A DNA stretch of 64,000 nucleotides from Chrysemys picta bellii. Lineage: Eukaryota. Below are positions 58,346-64,000 of this stretch, one piece after another. The notes under the pieces are model-generated. The model was not told where the DNA came from. It ran no database searches and worked only from the letters and a program-made list of their open reading frames with translations. A program made the position numbers and the translations under genes. The stretch spans positions 682,001 through 746,000 of the forward strand of contig NC_088800.1 in NCBI RefSeq assembly GCF_011386835.1, written 5' to 3'. How positions within the stretch are numbered: position 1 is the stretch's first letter; the number at the start of each line of letters is the position of its first letter.

Positions 58346-60860
58346 CTAGCCTGGGCCAGACGCGCTGCCCTGGGGTGGCTGCTGCCTGGAACAAATTAAT
58401 CCCTGTCCCGGCTTGTCCAGGCTCGGCTTCCGGAGCTCCGTTCTCCGGTTCTGGGGCCAGCCATGCTGACGGCCCCCCACCCCCCGCTACCTTCTCAGCC
58501 AGGCCTTAGGGGAACTTTCGGGTTTCCAGGGATCCACTGTGGCAGTGATTGCAGTTGCCCTTGGAGAGGGGCCTCCCGGGGTTTCTACCCTTCCTGCGCC
58601 TAGTGTTGTGGAGCCAGCCTGGTCCCCAGGTGACCTCCCATCCCGCAGCCTGGCTGCGTTGTCAGAGCCCCGCCACTCATTTCCCTACCAAAGCTGGAAC
58701 CTTGTCCAGGTTTGGACTGTGGGGCTCTGCGGTGGCCAAGTGGCTTGAATCCCTTTGTTCCACTGCAGGAACTCCAGATAGGAGGTTTGCTGGGGCTGGC
58801 GCTCCTGCCCAAGCAGCCTCCCACTGACTGCTGTTCTGTGAACCATCACAAGGAACAGGACAGGCTGGTCACAGTCCCTTTGCTGCTCTTCTCCAAAGGC
58901 AGCCTGTGGAGCAGCCAGCGTCCTGCTGAACAGCTTCCCCCCCTCCTCCCCAGATTGGGAGTGTGCCGGGGGGCCTTGGAGCTCACGAACCTGGTGAAAC
59001 ACTCTGGATTCGGTTTCTCCCTTGATCCGTGTGCAGCTCACATGGGACCCCATATCTGGGGAAGAATTCGGCTCTAGGAGCTCGCTGCTTCCCCGGCCTC
59101 TTGATTTCTAACCGTTCTGGACAGCCCACACTCCCAGCAAATACGGAGTGCCAGCTGGTGTGTGCTTATGGTGACTTGACAGCTGGTTTAACGGGATCTT
59201 TCAGAACTACAGAGGAGTTTTTAAGTTGCAATAGCCATGTTTGAATTGTTAGAGAAGAAAAGGGTGGTCAGGGAATTGTTGTAGTAGTTGCTGCATGCCT
59301 GGATGGTTCTGCTGCTCTTGTTTCTACATGTGAGAACGGGTCTGGCCATGCGCTCTACTGGGGCCCCCACAAGATACTGCTGCACAGGGGTTCTCCAAAG
59401 TTTAGAGGGGCCCGTCTTTGCAACACACCCTCATGTTTCCTGCACCAACTTTCTACACGTGCCTGCATTTTACCTACCAGCATTACCTACCCCCACAGCC
59501 ACGGTCCAGTGGATGAACCAGGAAACTGGGCACTTCCACAAACTAGAGGGAGAGTGAGAAGCCAGGCATGTCTTCCTGAGCCCTCTTACTGCCTTGAGCA
59601 GCCAATTCCTAGCTTGCTTGCATAGGGCAGTGTTTGCAATGATCCGCCCCACAAGGCCTCAGCGTTACCACACTTGTGCCCAGGCCTGGGTATGTTTGTG
59701 AAATCACAGCACTGCAGCTGTTCCAGCCACCTGCTGAGTTGCCCCTCAAGATTCTTGGTGCGTAAGAGTCATTGCAGAGAAGCATGGACTGGCCTGAGCC
59801 CCTGCCCTGCCAGCTAGGTCTGATAGGAAAGGGATTTGAAACATGGATAAGCCAAGACAGGACAAGAGCCTTTGTCAGCACTGAAAATGCGAAATCGCAC
59901 TCTGCCAGCCACGGAAATGTTTGCGCTTTTGCCCAGGCCTGCGCAATGGTTTTGCAATAATGGCAAATCCCCAACTGAGGAGCAGAGCCCAATAAAACGC
60001 TGCGGCTGTCAGGGGCTGGGGAGCTGGCCAGCTCTGCACGGCCGCAAGGTTCTTCCCTCCTCATTGGGTCTTTTCCCTCCCAGGAACAACTCGGCGTTCT
60101 TGGAGTGTGATTTCAAATTCGCCACCTTCAGCTTATCACAGACTATAAACGTAGCAGTTCCAGCACGCACCGCGATCTCAGCTGGGTCTAACAAGGGCAT
60201 GCCAGCAATCCCCTCCCCACTAGCCTCTCAGACACAGCAAGACAATAGCCATCTCCTTCATTGCCACAAGCCTGAGCCTGCTGTGAAAGCAGTCTCCTCC
60301 CTAGGTCATGGAGCCAGAGGAGCCATGCTACGGTCCTGCTTGGACCAGTCTCTTGAAGGAACCACCTCCATGAGCCTGAGGGGTCTCGTCCTTCACGGTC
60401 GGCCGTGCAGCCTCCCCACCTCCTGAGACTGAGCCTCCGGGGCTCCAGCCCTCCTGCTTCACACCCTGAGCTCTGAGCCCAGCTCAGACCAACCCTGACG
60501 GAGACGTGTCAGGGACTAAGCACCTCGCCCAGCATTTCAATGACACACACGCTGTGAAAACAGGTGGGTTTCTTAGTCATCTGGACACAGCCTAGGGAGG
60601 CCTTAGGGCGGCACAGAGGCATGAAGGCTAAAGCAGAGACCGTTCTGTTCAGCCCAGAGCCCAGCCCCGCTGCCGTGAAGCCCAGTGTCAGGCTCTGCCT
60701 CTCTCTGACTTGCTTCCTTAGTCAGTTCCCATGAGAATCCAGACGCCGTCTAGAAACCAGCTCTATTCACACACTTTCTATCCTGCGTTCTCAAGCTGTG
60801 GTTTCTGCTCAGCTTCCTTGCTAAACTATGGGGAAATCCATGACTCATGGGAGCGGGCTT

Positions 60861-60862
<2 letters not shown>

Positions 60863-60895
<33 letters not shown>
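60863..60895. repeat. (TC)16 microsatellite
   Basis: Directly visible perfect dinucleotide run. Confidence 0.95.
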
Positions 60896-60897
<2 letters not shown>

Positions 60898-60965
60898 CTC
60901 CTTTGTTGAGCTGGGCTGGGTTCAACCAGTTCCTCAACTATTCTTCATCCCACCCAGACTGGGGA

Positions 60966-61080
60966 TGTGACACACACCTGTGTCTCTGAGCCTGCCTGGA
61001 GAGCAAACCTGATCCTAACCCTAATCCTGAGGCACACACGGGGCTGGTAAAAATACTACAGAAAATTCCCACTTCATCAC
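60966..61080 (-). mobile_element. Short LTR-like element (tgtgac ... aaattcccacttcatcac)
   Basis: Right end resembles the right end of 47712-47845. Confidence 0.35.
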
Positions 61081-61483
61081 CCCTGTCCTTTGGGGGCACG
61101 GCCACTTTCCAATAACCACTTTTACCGTCCAGTGTGAAAAAACAGATGGAATCTGCTATGGCCTCCGGGGTCCCATCTACTTGTGGTAATGGCCAAGAAT
61201 CCTTTACAAGTGTCTGAGTTCAGTTTTCTGTAGGCCCCACAGAATGGGGCCATCTTTTTTCTTAAGCAGCCTGAGGGGTGAGGCCCAAGGGCTGGCTGAA
61301 GGTTCAGTTACACCTTCCTGAGCCATTCCCTTATTGGCCTATCAGGCCTCTTTCCGTAACTGGTGATGTGGTGGTTGGATCCTGCCCGTATCTGGGCGGG
61401 GCTGGTGCACGGCTCGTGACAGCTGTGCTGCCTTGGGTTCGCAGGCAGGTGTGCGGCGCTCTGCCGGAGCAAGTCCTAGAGAG

Positions 61484-61782
61484 CCGCGGTTCTCAACCAG
61501 GGGCCCGGGGCCGCCCGCAGGTTTCAGGGGCTCTGCCAAAATAAACCAGAGATCAGGGCCAGTGTTAGACTCACTGGGGCCTGGGGCTGGAGCTCAAGCT
61601 ACTGAGCGTTGTGGGCCCCGTGGTGTGGGGCCCCGGGCAATTGCCCTGTTTGCTGCTCCCTAAGGCCGGGCCTGGCTTTTAACCTACTGGCTATGGAGAA
61701 AAAGTGGTTGTGGCCCAGGCCGGCCGGGGAGTTTTTATGGCACGTTGTGCGGGCGTCAGAAAGAGAAAGGTTGAGCCCCCTG
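61484..61782. mobile_element. hAT-like MITE
   Basis: Imperfect TIRs ccgcggttctcaacc / ggttgagccccctg; flanks only partly similar (ctagagag / cagcagag). Confidence 0.55.
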
Positions 61783-61799
61783 CAGCAGAGCCTCGGGGA

Positions 61800-64000
61800 G
61801 CTCACCACCCCCTTCTCCACGTCGTTTTCTTCTACTCCAGCAGTTTACCAGACCCACTGCTTCGTTTTTGGGTCTCTGGCCCTGTGGATGTGCACCCGAG
61901 CGCCTGCTACTGGAGGGGGCAGAGTCGTGCCTGTGGCCTGGGCCTGCGCAGACCAGCCTCATGGGCACGTCAGTCTGCTGCTGCTCACTCCCTCCTCGCC
62001 CCCCGGCCACCAGGGACGCCAGGGCCTCCACTCTCACCTTTCACCTTGGGAACCGGTTGTGCTGGAGCACTTGTGCCCACGCCCCGCCGTGCCGGCCACG
62101 CCAGGGACCCGCGGTGTTGGGTGCCTCTCAGGACTGTCTGGGTTCAAAGGCAGAGCCAAGGACAGGGAGACTAGACGTCCGCTCCTGTTAGTGGAACGTG
62201 CTCTAGCTCCGGAGGGGCCCGCTCCCCCCCAGACATCAGCCGCCTCAGTCCTGCTGCTGCGTCGTCTCTGGCCCTGGCCGATGAAAGGGGAATCCTTCCC
62301 CCAGCAGGGACAGGAGGCAGCCGGTAGCTCGCTCCATGAACCCACTCTCGGAGCCCGCTTGTCCCTTTAAGAGCAGCGGCGAGGCTCCGGCCGAGGCCAG
62401 TTCCGAGGCGGTGGGACCACGGAAGAGGCCCTGTTCTGACCACACACCTGGCACCATCTGACACCAGGCAGCACCATGGTACACAAAGGGCTATGCCCTG
62501 GCACTGACATCTCACCATGCCTCTGACCCTCCGACCACCTCCATGCCACAACAGCACTGGCAGCACCACCCCAAACCTCGCCCTCCTTCTCCAGCTGCCT
62601 TTCTCCAGAGGATCGCCCAGGCACCGCTGAACCCGAGTCTCCCCCGGCACTGTCCTGGCCGCCGCAGGCTGGGACTCGCTCCAGCCTCCAGTTGTTGGGA
62701 CCGGTCCGGGCATTGGAGGCCCCCCGAGCTGAGGAGCTCTTGGTCCAGAGAGCCATCCCCGTACCAGACCTCCAGGAGTCCCTAGGGAACCCACCAGACA
62801 TCGTAGGCCTGGAGACTGATTATCACTGGGGCCCATGGGGTCACTATGGCGACCAGTTCCATTGGGTACTTAAGAAAAAGCTCCAGCATCCCCTGGTACC
62901 ATACCAGCCCCGACACCTGCAGGCTACCGCCCGGTACTGCACACCGTGGTGTCACGGGCCTCGGTACCACACACTGCGCCAGGACCAGCTGACCTACAGG
63001 AAGAGCCCGAGGAGATCTCGCCAGGAGGCCTCCACCAGCCTCCCATGCTGAGGGCGTCAAGACCTTCCAGGACATCATGAAGAGGCTAGCGGACTCTCTC
63101 TGAGAGGCAGGCCAAGAGTCACGACATTCTTGGGGGACATCCTGACTCCTAATCCCCAGCGAAAGGTGCCCTACACCCTGTGCCAACACCTGGCAGAATG
63201 GCAAAGACCTGCCATGTGCCACCAAACAGAGTGGAGCACTTCTTCCCCCACCCCAATTCCCTGGTCATGGAGGCAGCCAGTGGAAGGAGCCCTCAGCCTT
63301 GTTCTCGGCCTTCTCCGTCTGACAAGGAAGCCAAGCGGCTATTGGCTGGGGAGGAATTGCTACACAGCAGCAGCTGCTCTCAGATTGCGTATTGCCATCG
63401 ACCAGCCTGGAGGGCAGAATGCTGCTTTACCCCATCGCCAAGGGATGCCCCGTAGTGAGCACTTGCTCAAGGGCTGTCTATCATCACAGAAGGCAGCTGG
63501 TTGGAAAAGCCTCCCTGAAAGCTGCTCTTGAGGCTGCTGACCCAGGTCCTGGCCGCAGCAGTGCTCATGAGAAGAGCATCTGGCTCCCATCCTCAGCTCC
63601 TCCAGCAGACGTACAAAATACCAGGTCTGAGCTCCTGATCGGGGCCTAAGCTCCTCAGCGACCCAGAGCCCTCTCCCCACAGGCTCCAGGCCGCCAGCAA
63701 TGCGGCTGTCTCTGGGGAGCCGTGTGCCTACACGGCTCACGTGAGCCCATTCCAGAGCCAACCGTGCACCTTCCGCCACTGCTGGGGCCTGTCTGGAGAA
63801 ACCCAGGGTTCCCACCTACCTCCACTCAGGCGGCCCCTCCCTTGAAGAGGCACTTTTGATACCTCAGTTGAGGCCATCCAGCAATTTATTCCCATGGATC
63901 AGTGGTTGTGTGACTCCCCCGCTTTGGAGTCTGACTCTGCACAGCCGGTGACGGTGCTGCCCGTGGGAGCCGGCTGAGGTCACTCAATCAGGGTGAGCTG
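61800..64000 (+). mobile_element. Decayed DIRS-type (tyrosine recombinase) retrotransposon, ORF1 region, truncated by the window edge
   Basis: Frameshifted peptides KTFQDIMKRLADSL, HPNSLVMEAA...DKEAKRL, GKASLKAALEAAD...WLPSS..PADVQNT resemble vertebrate DIRS ORF1 (LAP2alpha-like), and GSRL near 63966 resembles the start of the RT ORF. Confidence 0.65.

Overview
Vertebrate genomic DNA, most likely a turtle. This is inferred from the repeat content: tortoise Pol III/SINE-type tRNA SINEs with CR1-like 3' tails, plus CR1, Penelope-like and DIRS relics. Four protein-coding genes were rebuilt exon by exon with consistent GT-AG phases: SERINC4 (- strand, N-terminal exons, runs off the left edge), HYPK (+, 4 exons, 129 aa), MFAP1 (-, 9 exons, 439 aa) and FURIN (+, 15 coding exons, 787 aa). 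HYPK, MFAP1 and FURIN each have a CpG-island promoter. Intergenic and intronic DNA holds CR1 LINE fragments, LTR relics, hAT/Tc1-mariner/Harbinger MITEs, SINEs, a decayed DIRS element and several minisatellites. The most notable observations are: (1) Penelope-like insertions with minimal dimer-type hammerhead ribozyme motifs, one arranged as an ~80-bp-arm palindrome with a 12-bp TSD; all copies look catalytically damaged; (2) a chain of strong minus-strand splice sites between SERINC4 and the HYPK promoter, including a spliced 172-aa ORF; (3) a perfect 19-bp inverted repeat inside a decayed CR1; (4) a higher-order G-rich minisatellite abutting the FURIN promoter; (5) MFAP1-FURIN adjacency, which differs from human. 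No CRISPR or prokaryotic system is present. All coordinates were read by eye, repeat boundaries are approximate, and comparisons to human or repeat-family sequences are from memory.
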